A DNA stretch of 64,000 nucleotides from an uncultured virus (IMG/VR IMGVR_UViG_3300045955_000385) (IMGVR_UViG_3300045955_000385), one strand, 5' to 3'. Counted from the stretch's first letter, positions 27,691 to 37,636 are shown. The notes: generated by a model from the letters alone, not told the origin. Numbers and translations are program-made.

Positions 27691-30229
27691 TCTGACTACT
27701 CAGGACCTCCTTACCGCAGCAATGGCCTATGCCCAGCGGGGCTGGCGCGTCATCCCCCTCTACAGCCTGCACCAGGGGGTGTGCAGTTGTGCACGGAAAC
27801 GCGCCTGTCCCACGCCGGGGAAACATCCGCCGGTTGCAGGATGGGTGTCGGCCGCCAGTACAGAGACGACACAGATTGAGCAGTGGTGGCAGCGCTGGCC
27901 CCAGGCCAATGTCGGCATCGTCACCGGAGCGGGCTCTGACCTCGTCGTCGTGGATGTCGATCCACGCCACGGTGGGCATCTCGCCTGGGACGAACTCCAA
28001 CATCATCATGGCCCCATCCCCCACTCGCCCCAGGTACTCACCGGGGGCGGTGGCACGCACGACTATTTTCACATGCGTGAAGCCCTCGGCAGTATCGACC
28101 TGGCCCATGGTATCCAATTCCAGGCAGAAGGGCGCCTGGTCGTCGCACCACCATCGCTCCACGTCTCCGGTCAACGCTACGAGTGGGAGAGCGCACACGA
28201 CCCGGAGGATATCCCCCTGGCACCCCTGCCAGCGTGGATACGTGCCATGGTCCAGACGCATACGCAGGACGACGAGCACCCTGCGGCACCGCCTTTGCCG
28301 CTCATCGACACGCCCCCGGTGTATCTCCTGCGGGTCTCGACACGCATCAAATATCTCATCCAGATGGGCACCGATCCCGACAACCCGGCACGCTATCCAA
28401 GCCGCTCAGAGGCACTCTTTGCGGTCATCTGCGCCCTCGTGCAGGCCGGCTATGATGATGCCACTATCGCCGCCATTGTGCTGAATCCCCAGCACGCCAT
28501 CAGCGACAAACCGCGCAGCCAGCGCGACCCCCGCAGTCCCAGGTATGAGAGCGCGATCCGGGCCTGGACGGCCAAAGAAATCCTGCGCGCCCGGGCCAAA
28601 GTCCGCCCCGCCAGCAATGGCTCTCGAGCAGCGGGCGGGATTAAATTCCTAGATTCCAGGCATTTAATTCCTAATGAAAACGATCACGAAAAATCCTCAC
28701 AACATGCTGATATACATAGTGAAAAAGGCGATACATCCGGATTAAATTCCTTAAATTCATTAAATTCCTACCGTGAATGGCCGTGTATGGTGCCAGAGGC
28801 GTACTACGGGATTGCCGGGCGCATCGTGCACACCATTGAGCCGCATAGCGAAGCCGACCCTGTCGCCCTGCTCATCCAGCTCCTGACGTACTTCGGAACC
28901 CTCATTGGCCGCAGTGCCTATTACCAAATCGAAGCCACCCGGCACTACACCAATCTCTATACGTGTCTCATTGGTCCCACCTCCAAAGCCCGCAAAGGTA
29001 CCGCCTATGATCACATCGAAGCCCAGATGAAAACCGTGGATACCTCATGGGGCGCGTCGAACCGCAGTGGGGGCTGCGGGTCCGGGGAAGGACTCATTGC
29101 CGCGGTGCGTGATCGGGTCATGCAACGCCAGGCCATCAAACAGCGCGGCAAAGTGACCGGCTATGAGGACGTGGAAGTCGATCCCGGGGTCATTGATAAG
29201 CGCCTGCTGGTGTATGAGAGCGAATTTGCCTCGGTCCTCAAAATCGCTGCCAGGGATGGCAACATTCTGAGTGTCATTCTCCGGCAAGCCTGGGAGACAG
29301 GGGAGTTGCGCAACACCGTGAAAACCAGTCCGATGAAAGCCACCGGGGCGCATATTGGCCTGATTGCCCATATCACCATTGAAGAACTCCAGCGCTTGCT
29401 GACCAGCACCGAAGCCGCCAATGGTTTTGGCAATCGCTTTGTCTGGCTGTGCGTCCGTCGCTCCAAACTGTTGCCGCATGGTGGGGCCTTGCACACCGAG
29501 AACGTTGCGCCCCTGGTGCAGGCCTTAGGAGAGGCCGTGCGCGCCGCCCGTGACATCACGGCCATGCGCCGGGACGCCCAGGCCACGGCCGGCTGGGAAG
29601 CCGTCTATCCCTTGCTCTCAGATGAACGACCTGGGCTGGCCGGCGCCCTGCTGGCCCGTGCCGAAGCACAGGTGCTGCGCTTCTCGATGCTCTATGCCCT
29701 CCTCGATGGCAGCGCGGTGATCACGCTCGCGCACCTCTGTGCTGCCCTGGCGGTGTGGGAGTATATCGAACAATCCGTACTCTATATCTTTGCTGAGACC
29801 CTTGGTGATCCCCTGGCCGATACCCTCCTGCTGTTGTTGGGGGAGCAGGGCGAAGAGGGATTGACGAAAACACAGATCTTTGCCCATGGCACGTTTCACA
29901 ATCGCCGTGTCGATGAAATCGATCGGGTGATTCGCCTGCTGGTCGAGCGGGGACTGGCCCGCGTGACTCTCGTACCCACCGGCGGGAAAGGGCGACCGAC
30001 AGAAATAGTCACCGCCATGGGGCAGGAATTTAATGAATTTAAGGAATTTAATGCCTCTAAGTACGTTAACCTAGCTAAAATCAAAGGGTTACAGATAAGC
30101 GATGAAAAGGAATTAAATAGGCAATCGGTAGGAATTAAATCCCCGCCAGGGTCAGGCTGTGCCCATGAGAGCACCTGCACGGCGGGGGACAATCTCATCT
30201 GCCAGGCATGCGGCGTCGTGGTTTTTTGA
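27680..30229 (+). CDS. Replication protein: bifunctional primase-polymerase (Prim-Pol) fused to a DUF3987-like P-loop domain
   Basis: YAQRGWRVIPL, PGKHP, NVGIVTG..LVVVDVDPRHGG, TGGGGTHDYF, VVAPPSLH; later GPTSKARKGT, SGEGL, YESEF, NGFGNRF. Confidence 0.88.
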   Translation: MARDLTTQDLLTAAMAYAQRGWRVIPLYSLHQGVCSCARKRACPTPGKHPPVAGWVSAASTETTQIEQWWQRWPQANVGIVTGAGSDLVVVDVDPRHGGHLAWDELQHHHGPIPHSPQVLTGGGGTHDYFHMREALGSIDLAHGIQFQAEGRLVVAPPSLHVSGQRYEWESAHDPEDIPLAPLPAWIRAMVQTHTQDDEHPAAPPLPLIDTPPVYLLRVSTRIKYLIQMGTDPDNPARYPSRSEALFAVICALVQAGYDDATIAAIVLNPQHAISDKPRSQRDPRSPRYESAIRAWTAKEILRARAKVRPASNGSRAAGGIKFLDSRHLIPNENDHEKSSQHADIHSEKGDTSGLNSLNSLNSYREWPCMVPEAYYGIAGRIVHTIEPHSEADPVALLIQLLTYFGTLIGRSAYYQIEATRHYTNLYTCLIGPTSKARKGTAYDHIEAQMKTVDTSWGASNRSGGCGSGEGLIAAVRDRVMQRQAIKQRGKVTGYEDVEVDPGVIDKRLLVYESEFASVLKIAARDGNILSVILRQAWETGELRNTVKTSPMKATGAHIGLIAHITIEELQRLLTSTEAANGFGNRFVWLCVRRSKLLPHGGALHTENVAPLVQALGEAVRAARDITAMRRDAQATAGWEAVYPLLSDERPGLAGALLARAEAQVLRFSMLYALLDGSAVITLAHLCAALAVWEYIEQSVLYIFAETLGDPLADTLLLLLGEQGEEGLTKTQIFAHGTFHNRRVDEIDRVIRLLVERGLARVTLVPTGGKGRPTEIVTAMGQEFNEFKEFNASKYVNLAKIKGLQISDEKELNRQSVGIKSPPGSGCAHESTCTAGDNLICQACGVVVF
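28638..28769. repeat. Left iteron-like array of ATT(A/T)AATTCC units
   Basis: Five AT-rich 9-10-mers inside a GC-rich ORF. Confidence 0.8.
30024..30143. repeat. Right iteron-like array, mirror image of 28638-28769
   Basis: 30024-30052 is the exact reverse complement of 28741-28769 (29 bp). Confidence 0.8.
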
Positions 30230-30331
30230 GAGGAAACGTGCTTATATATGTAGAATTATCATACAGATTTTTGCTATAATGGTCGATAAGGTAGGTAGAC
30301 ACACACACCCCTTGGCGAGAGGAGCCCTGGT

Positions 30332-30493
30332 ATGGACAGTGACACCCGTCTGGAAGAGCGTATTGAGCGCTTAATGGAAACCCTGGCGATGACGCAAGAC
30401 CGCCTGGTGGAGATCCAGGCGGAGACGACAGAGAGCTTGCAGCGGATCGAAGGACTACTGAAGCAGATTCTGGCCGCGGTGGCCAGAGACTGA
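30332..30493 (+). CDS. Small coiled-coil peptide
   Basis: AGGAG SD, upstream TATAAT; MDSDTRLEERIERLMETL... Confidence 0.5.
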   Translation: MDSDTRLEERIERLMETLAMTQDRLVEIQAETTESLQRIEGLLKQILAAVARD

Positions 30494-30577
30494 CACACGA
30501 CAGGCCTGGCTCCCCACCACGGTTACCAGGCCTGCGCGATGCACTGACATAACCCCCCTACGCAAAGGAGTCGAGAG

Positions 30578-31744
30578 ATGAATAACACAAGTAGCGTAGT
30601 AGAGCAACTCATGCACACAGACGCCGAACGCGAATTATGGATCATCGTCAAAGAACACGAAAGGCCGCCGTACTTTTTCCCTGACGAGGGCGTGGGCAAT
30701 CGCCTCAACCGCGCCGCCCGCGTCGTTGCCGAGGGCCGCCTCACGCCCAACGCGGACGGCTCCTACACGGTGGAGGGCTCTGCGGGTCGCACCTACCGCG
30801 TGGCGGATCGCTGTTCGTGCCCCAATGCCTCGCGCGGCAAAAATCATTGGTGTTACCACCACGTGGCGGTAGCCCTCTACATCGAATGGTGCCGGCGCCG
30901 CCATTTCCTGCCCGGCCAGGAGGCGTTGCCGCTGCCGCCCACGACGCCTGACGAACGCCTTGCCCATGCCCCCCTCGCGGCCCACGAGGCCCTAGGAGAC
31001 GCGATGACCGAAGACCCCTCTCCCTACATCCCGGAGCCTGACGAGGCCACAGTCGCTGTGCTGGAGCCGCCCAGAGCGACCCGTGCACTGACCCCCGCCC
31101 CGGCGCAGGAGGACGATCTGGAGCAGGCCCTCGCCACCTGGACCGCGCAGCGTAAAGTGGTGCAGCGCTTTCTCAAACAGGAGCTGCACGCCAACGTGGA
31201 TTATTATCAACTCAAAATCGGCGGGAAGGACACCAAGCCCTCGCTCAGTAAGGCCGGTGCCGAAAAGGTCACCGGATGGCTCAAACTCCAGGCGTCCTTT
31301 GCCCCGGATACCGGCACCTGGGAAATGCTCGGACGCCCACAGGATTTAGTGTGCTACGTCTGTACACTCCGCACCAGGAGCGGGGAAATTGTCGGCGAAG
31401 GGCGCGGCGCCAGGTCCGTCAAGAAAGACGGCGGTGATGTCAACAAAGCCATCAAGATGGCGGAAAAGTCGAGTTTTGTGAGTGCCGTCCTGCGCACCGG
31501 CTGCCTGAGTGATGTGTTTACCTCCGATCTGGAGGACATGCAGGACACCCCGGAGCCCCAGCCCAGGCCCCCGGCCCAGCCCAGCAGTGCGGCGCTGCGG
31601 AGCCAGATCTGGGCCTGGATGCAGCAGCACGCGCCCGAGGTCACGTCCCGTGAGGCGGTGACCGCCTGGATCGCGCAGGAAACGGGGTATGAGCTGCATC
31701 CGAACAATTATCCCAAAATCATGGCGAGCCTGGAAGGACGCTAG
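30578..31744 (+). CDS. SWIM zinc finger fused to a putative single-strand annealing (recombinase) domain
   Basis: CSCPN...CYHHVA, then KPSLSKAGAEK...GEGRG...NKAIKMAEK...LSDVFTSDLED. Confidence 0.6.
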   Translation: MNNTSSVVEQLMHTDAERELWIIVKEHERPPYFFPDEGVGNRLNRAARVVAEGRLTPNADGSYTVEGSAGRTYRVADRCSCPNASRGKNHWCYHHVAVALYIEWCRRRHFLPGQEALPLPPTTPDERLAHAPLAAHEALGDAMTEDPSPYIPEPDEATVAVLEPPRATRALTPAPAQEDDLEQALATWTAQRKVVQRFLKQELHANVDYYQLKIGGKDTKPSLSKAGAEKVTGWLKLQASFAPDTGTWEMLGRPQDLVCYVCTLRTRSGEIVGEGRGARSVKKDGGDVNKAIKMAEKSSFVSAVLRTGCLSDVFTSDLEDMQDTPEPQPRPPAQPSSAALRSQIWAWMQQHAPEVTSREAVTAWIAQETGYELHPNNYPKIMASLEGR

Positions 31745-32181
31745 CCATGCAGAGCACTGGCCTCCTGGTCTTCCAGGCGTTATGCGACTGCGGCAACACC
31801 CTGGCGGCGTGCCGCGACGACTACCCGCCGGGCAGCGATACGTGGTGCGCGCTCACGGGCTTTGTGCAGAGCATCGATCAACTTATTGACGCGCTGGTTG
31901 AGGGACCAGCGCTGGAGGAGGAGTGGTAAGTTGGAGTCCTCGACTGGGAGGCGCCTGTACAACGAGCTGGGGTTAGTCGCCACGCGCTACCGCGACTGGT
32001 TTGCGGAGGGCACCCCCGCCGAATGGGTCCGGGCTCTCGATCATATCCAGGCCGTCCTGACGGCCTGCAAGCGCGAGGCCGCCGACGCCGACCGGGCCCA
32101 CCGTGCCCGGCTCGCGGCCGCGCAGTAACTGCCCCTGCTGCCGGAGGCCGCCGGGCACGAACCAGTGCTGGAGGATAGGCC

Positions 32182-32478
32182 ATGCCGCGCGGCCGCAAAA
32201 CGTCCCTGACTCTCACCCTCACGCCGGAAGAGCGCCAGGTACTTACCACCTGGCAGCGGCAACACCTGATCCCGGTAGGGCTGGCCCGACGCGGCCGGGT
32301 CATGCTGCTCGTGGAAGGCGGCATGCCGCTCACGCACGTGGCCGCCCGGGTGGGCTTCAGCCGCCGCTGTGTGGCAAAGTGGGTGCGGCGCTTCCTGGCG
32401 CATGGGCTGGACGGGCTGAGAGAAAGGCCACGCGGGCGGCGGGGCGACGCAAGGATGGGGCGGGAGGAGGGGGCATGA
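32182..32478 (+). CDS. Stand-alone IS630-like N-terminal HTH protein (no DDE domain)
   Basis: LTLTPEERQVL...ARRGRVMLL...VAARVG..RRCVAKWVRRFLAHGLDGLRERPRG. Confidence 0.7.
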   Translation: MPRGRKTSLTLTLTPEERQVLTTWQRQHLIPVGLARRGRVMLLVEGGMPLTHVAARVGFSRRCVAKWVRRFLAHGLDGLRERPRGRRGDARMGREEGA

Positions 32479-32689
32479 GCGCGCCTCTGCGTCTGCCCTG
32501 CACCTGTACGCCGGCGCACCAGCCCTGTGACGCCTGCGTCCGGTGGGCGGAGCGGCGGCGGCCGCTCCGGGGTCGAGCACGCCAGGCGGTGGCGCCGGCA
32601 GCCGAGCTCCGGCTGCGCGGCCTGGCGCACCACTATGCGCCGGCGGCGACGACCCCGCTGCTGGTGCCCCTCACGCCGTGGGAGGTGCG

Positions 32690-33589
32690 ATGGATCAGTC
32701 TGTAAGGCTGTGCGTCGTCTGCGAGACACGGCCGCGGCGCAACGCGCACGCCAACACGAAATACTGCACGGCCTGCCAGCAGGCGTTGTTGCACCAGCCG
32801 CCCAGTCGCGTCACGCCGGCGCAGGCCGCCGCCATCCAGCGCCTGTGTGGGACGATGACGCGCACGGCCATCGCGCAGCAGCTCGGGCTCAGCCATGCGA
32901 AAGTGCAACGCTTTCTCCGTGAGCAGGGACTGCGCTCGAACGCGCGGGATTATCCCCCGGAGGTCGTCGAGGCCGTGGCGCAGGTCTATGAGTCGGCCCC
33001 ACCGGGCCAGGGGAAGCGCACGATCGAGCAGCTCTTTCCCGCCGTGGTGGTGCGCTCGATCGTGGAGCGCCGCCAGCACCACCGTCCGGTGTATCAGCCG
33101 CGCCAGGTGCGCTGGCAGGGCGAGCAACTCCTGGACGCGGTGCGGATGGCCGGCCTGGTCAGCCATCATGCCCAGGCGCGGTACTTTGGCCGCCCCAATG
33201 CCTATGCCGGGTCGATCACGTCTCTGTGGCAGAAGCATTTCCGCTGTCCCCCACGGGATGTGCATGGCCTGCCCTTGCACCTGAGCTGGCTCGTGGCCAC
33301 CCCTGGCGTGCCAGCCGTCCTCGTGAAACACCAGCAGGTGGCCGGTCCTGCCGCCAAGGTCCTGTGGCTCGACCTGGTGGGGTGGCTGCGTGAGGACCTC
33401 GACCCCACGATACGAGACGCCGTCGAGGTCCTGGCGCAGTTCCAACGTTGGTTGTTTCACACATCGTCAAGTGACGATATTCGGCGCATGATTACCGAGA
33501 GGGAGACGACGTATGGCGACGACTGGCACCGTAACGACGAACGGACAGACCCCGGCCCCCCCCGCGCCCGTCGAGGCACCGCTGTTTAA
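32690..33589 (+). CDS. Hypothetical Zn-finger plus HTH protein
   Basis: CVVC...KYCTAC; TRTAIAQQLGLSHAKVQRFL. Confidence 0.55.
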   Translation: MDQSVRLCVVCETRPRRNAHANTKYCTACQQALLHQPPSRVTPAQAAAIQRLCGTMTRTAIAQQLGLSHAKVQRFLREQGLRSNARDYPPEVVEAVAQVYESAPPGQGKRTIEQLFPAVVVRSIVERRQHHRPVYQPRQVRWQGEQLLDAVRMAGLVSHHAQARYFGRPNAYAGSITSLWQKHFRCPPRDVHGLPLHLSWLVATPGVPAVLVKHQQVAGPAAKVLWLDLVGWLREDLDPTIRDAVEVLAQFQRWLFHTSSSDDIRRMITERETTYGDDWHRNDERTDPGPPRARRGTAV

Positions 33590-33761
33590 CGCGCGCTCGG
33601 TGGTGCAGGTCCTGGAGCGGTTGATGACGGAAGTGACGAAGGAGGAGTGTACGCCATCCACAGTCAACGCGGCCTGCAACGCGGCCGCAAGGATCACGGA
33701 TCTGCTCAGGGTCCATCTGGAGGCAGAGCGGCTGCAGATCGCCAGGAGACGGCAGCCATGA
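33513..33761 (+). CDS. Hypothetical protein
   Basis: GGAG SD; coupled to the next gene by an ATGA overlap. Confidence 0.5.
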   Translation: MATTGTVTTNGQTPAPPAPVEAPLFNARSVVQVLERLMTEVTKEECTPSTVNAACNAAARITDLLRVHLEAERLQIARRRQP

Positions 33762-34183
33762 GCGTCCTCCACTTCTTGCCCGCCCTCGACGCCCCACCCC
33801 TGTGCGATGCCGAGGGGCCCTTCTACGCCAGCCTGGAGGCCAGTCGCGTCACGTGCCACAAATGCTTACGGCAGATGGCGCCGCAGGTGAGCGAGAAAGC
33901 GCTCCAGCTTGCCATCCGACGTCTGGCGGTGCGGGACAACTGGCTCGTACACTGCACCACCGATAGCCGCCGATCGCCGCCAGGGTATCCCGATCTGACG
34001 TTACTCAAGCCCACGGGGGGCCTCATGCTGGTCCTGGAACTGAAAACCGACACCGGGATCGTCACCCTGGAGCAGGCGCGCTGGCTGGATGCCCTGGGGA
34101 GAGTCACCCGCGTCCACGCGCAAGTGGTGCGCCCGGGGGACCTGGCGGTGGTGCACGCGCTGCTCGCCGGGCACGCACCATGA
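33758..34183 (+). CDS. VRR-NUC (PD-(D/E)XK) nuclease
   Basis: SEKALQ...GYPDLTLL...VLELKTDTG.VTLEQARWLDAL. Confidence 0.8.
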   Translation: MSVLHFLPALDAPPLCDAEGPFYASLEASRVTCHKCLRQMAPQVSEKALQLAIRRLAVRDNWLVHCTTDSRRSPPGYPDLTLLKPTGGLMLVLELKTDTGIVTLEQARWLDALGRVTRVHAQVVRPGDLAVVHALLAGHAP

Positions 34184-36209
34184 CCCCGCCGCTCAGTCCT
34201 GAAGGCTACGCGGCCACGGGCGGGACCGCCTGCCCGGCCTGCGGGGGCAGGGACCTGGCCCACGGGCGTTTCGACTGGACACACGCCGATACCGTCACAC
34301 GGCGCTGGGCCTGCGAGCACTGCGCCGCCAGATGGACGGCGGTGTATGAACTGACCGGGTATGAAGGCCTGGAGACGCTCCCCGCCGGGCCTATGCCTGA
34401 GCCCTGACGGGGAGGCGCGAGAGTCCTCTCCAGTGTCGGAGAGGGTGCTAGGATACGCCAGGCACGACCCTGGCGCAAGGTTACGGGCAGGGTCGGGAGA
34501 GAACATCGATTCCAGGCGAGAGGTTAACAGGAAAAGGGGGTATCTCATGCATACGCTCCCGCTCGAGTGGTCGAGAGGTAGTTGGACCTACACGCAGGTC
34601 AGTCGCGAGGGCGATGTGGCTCTCTACCGCCAGACACATCGCGAGGGCTCTGCGGTACGGTTCGAGGTCATTATCGTGCAGCACGCGAAGGAACGCCTTG
34701 CCCCTGGGGGCAAAGTCGTGGAAGCGGGGGAGTATTATCCCAGTTCATCGCAGTGGGGCAAGGGCGGATGGACGTGCTATACGCTGGAGGAAGCGCACGC
34801 GCTCACGCGGGATCTGGCATGCGCGTGTCAGCCATCTGCGGGCGACTGGAGTGCCGAAGCCGAGCTGGAGGACACCCCATGACCCCTGAGTACACCATTA
34901 CCTACTGGGCGCCCGATGAGACGATGGGCGACACGCCGCCGCTGGCCTGCGAGCAATTTCGCGGCTGGGCGCTGCGCCAGTTGCACGCCGCCTTTCCGGG
35001 CTACTATGTGCGCGTCCTGGCCGAGCCCGGCCTACGCCAGGCGTCGACCAATGACGACCGACGCGAGGGCGAGATTGCCGACTTCTGCGCCCGCCTCTGG
35101 GATCGCTGTCCCTGGGATTGGAGGAACGTATGAGCATACAGGCCCTGATTGACAGTCTCGTTACGGAGTGGCACGCTGAGGACCTGCGTCCCCTGATTAC
35201 CCGCTGCGTGCTGCGCGCCTATGCCCTGGGCGTGGAGGACGGCGAGAAAGACATGGCGGCACAGGAACACGGCGACACGGCGCGAGAGGAGGACACGCGA
35301 TGAGCAGATACTGCGGAGCCTGCCAGCAAGCGGTGCACTGGGCCTGCGAGGGGCGGGGGTGCGCCTGCCCCTGCGATCCCGACGCCGCCTTTGAGGCCGC
35401 GAGCGCGGCGCTGGACGACGCGGACGTCCCGCCGCTGGACGAGGAGGAAACACCGCCATGAGCACCACCTGCACCATCTGCAACGCCCTCTGCGCCGGCC
35501 ATGCCGACAGCAGCAACCCGCTGTGCGAGGATTGTCGCCGGCTGTCGTTCAGCGGCAACCCCCATGACCGCTGGCCGGATGACGATCCCCCAGCGCTCAC
35601 GCTCACGCCGCGCCAACTCCAGCAACTCGCGCGCCTGGTGGCCGCGGGGGGGGCTGGCGGCGCAAGGAGACCGACTGATGCGCCGTCTCGCCAATGGCAC
35701 GTATGATTTCCGCTGCCCAACCTGCGGGGCCGAGGGTGAGTTGTCCATGCCCGAGGATATGCGCGAGCCGTTTGGCTGCCCGGAGGGCTGTGGTACCACC
35801 TATGTGCAGTACCGGGCGCACACGCATCTGCATCTGCGCTGTGTCGCCTGGCCGGTCCTGCCCGCCAGGCGCTGGCAACCCCACGAGGAGACCCCCTGAT
35901 GCCTGGCGACCACCTGACGACCCACTGCGACTGGTGCGGCAGCCCCACGCCCGCCGCCTGGCTCGACCCCTGCGCCCCCCCCAGCGACGCCGAGGTGTCC
36001 ACGTGGTGGCTCTGCCCCGTGTGTGTGCAGGCCGGCGCCTGGCGGGATGCCCACGAGGAGACCCCCTGATGCTCGACACCATCGTGTTCTGGGTCGCATG
36101 CGCCACCGTCGTCTACGCCCTCGCCATGGGCAGCCGTAACTGCTACCGTGCCTGGAAGATCTGGCGCACCCTGCGCCACGAGAGGAGCCAGAGATGCCCA
36201 CCATCCTAA
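34180..36209 (+). other. Run of small, mostly translationally coupled ORFs, many with CxxC pairs (34180-34407, 34547-34882, 34879-35133, 35130-35303, 35300-35461, 35458-35706, 35678-35899, 35899-36069, 36069-36209)
   Basis: Consecutive ATGA/TGATG overlaps, each preceded by a GGAG(G) SD. Confidence 0.6.
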
Positions 36210-37636
36210 TCGTGCTGCTCCACGCACTGCTCTTCCTCGTGCTGGCCTGGGTGCCAGCGTGGGCTCAGACCACCTATCACACCCGTCAGCAGGCCCAGAC
36301 CCGGCAGGGGCGGACCCTCCCCGCCGGCAGCGATAGCTACACGTGCCAGCAGGCCACGTCGCCACAGACACCCAAAGGCAGCGTGAATGGCGGCATCAGT
36401 TGCCTGGCCGGAGGCGATACCCTGCTGATTGGCCCGGGCACCTACAACGAGATCGTCGTGACCTACTATAGCCAGGCCACCTGTCTCAGTGGCGACGCCG
36501 CCGTGCAGCAGCCCTGCGCCGTGATCCCGAACGGCCTGGACCCGGACCGCCCGACGCGCCTGCTCGGCACAGGCCAGGCGGTCATCTCCCCCAGGGGCAA
36601 AGCCAGCCCGGGAGGCGGCGGCATCCTCACGGCCTATGACCAGTCGCGCGCGCTGCACATCGAAGGCCTGCGCTTTGTGGCGGATAACACCCCGGGCTCC
36701 GCCGTCGGCGTGCACCTCGGCCACAGCCAGTACGTCACTGTGACGCGCAGCGAGATCGCCGGCAACAGCCTCCAGAGTACGGGCGCGCTGCTGGCGTCCT
36801 CCGGGCAGAGCCGCTACCACACGCTCACGCACAACGAGGTGCATCATGCCGGCCAGCAGTGCAACCCGCGCACGCAAACCTCGCCCCCCTGCCCCCACGG
36901 GCTCTACATCCAGGGGCAAGATCACCTCATTGCCGATAACTATGTGCACCACAATACCGGCTATGGGGTGCAGGTCAGCGGGGAATCGGGTGGCCTGGCC
37001 CGCGTGGTCGTGACGCGCAATAGAGTGGCGTACAACCAGGGCGTCGGCATCCGCGTGCAGGGCAGCGACCATCAGGCCACCGCCAATCTGCTCGTCGCCA
37101 ACGGCCTGGGGATGACCATCACGGGCACCGCCCTGATTGCGCATAACACGTTTGACGGCGTGCATCCTGAGACCGCCTACGACGATCCCTTTGGCCTCTG
37201 GGTCGATGGCACCGGCAGCACCATCGTCAACAACCTGTTCACGCGCCAGCAGTCGGCCTGGCTCCTTATGCAACGGCGAGACGGCTCGACCTTCGTCCCG
37301 GTCGATCCGGCCTGGGCACACCACAACGGCGCCGACGTGAGCGGCAACGTCGGCGCCACCATCGTCCACCCCCTGGACACCTGGTATCGTGACGCCGCCA
37401 GTGGGGATTACACGCTGCCCAGTACGTCACCTGCCATCGCCGCCGGGGTGACGGGAACCGGGGTGGACGTGGATCTGGTGCACCATGCCTACCAGACTCC
37501 GGATCTGGGGAGCTATGCCGCCAGCCCCCAGGTTCCGCCCACGCCCACACCGCCCGGGGCCATGGTGTGCCGTGGGGAATTAGGGGCGAAGGGGATGATC
37601 GAACTGCTTTGTAGCCCGCAGGAGGGCCGCCGATGA
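36194..37636 (+). CDS. Secreted right-handed parallel beta-helix (pectin lyase-like) protein
   Basis: Signal peptide (AWA/Q), LAGGDTLLIGPGTYNE, repeated xxNxxxxN rungs, DYTLPSTSPAIAAG...PDLGSY. Confidence 0.8.
   Translation: MPTILIVLLHALLFLVLAWVPAWAQTTYHTRQQAQTRQGRTLPAGSDSYTCQQATSPQTPKGSVNGGISCLAGGDTLLIGPGTYNEIVVTYYSQATCLSGDAAVQQPCAVIPNGLDPDRPTRLLGTGQAVISPRGKASPGGGGILTAYDQSRALHIEGLRFVADNTPGSAVGVHLGHSQYVTVTRSEIAGNSLQSTGALLASSGQSRYHTLTHNEVHHAGQQCNPRTQTSPPCPHGLYIQGQDHLIADNYVHHNTGYGVQVSGESGGLARVVVTRNRVAYNQGVGIRVQGSDHQATANLLVANGLGMTITGTALIAHNTFDGVHPETAYDDPFGLWVDGTGSTIVNNLFTRQQSAWLLMQRRDGSTFVPVDPAWAHHNGADVSGNVGATIVHPLDTWYRDAASGDYTLPSTSPAIAAGVTGTGVDVDLVHHAYQTPDLGSYAASPQVPPTPTPPGAMVCRGELGAKGMIELLCSPQEGRR

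Noticed and set aside
32182..32478. Active IS630 insertion sequence
   Set aside because: No DDE domain, terminal inverted repeats or TA duplication is visible.
35646..35653. G8 tract as a phase-variation switch
   Set aside because: One extra G would give a neat TGATG coupling at 35676-35680, but the ORF is open as it stands and a single tract in GC-rich DNA is weak evidence.
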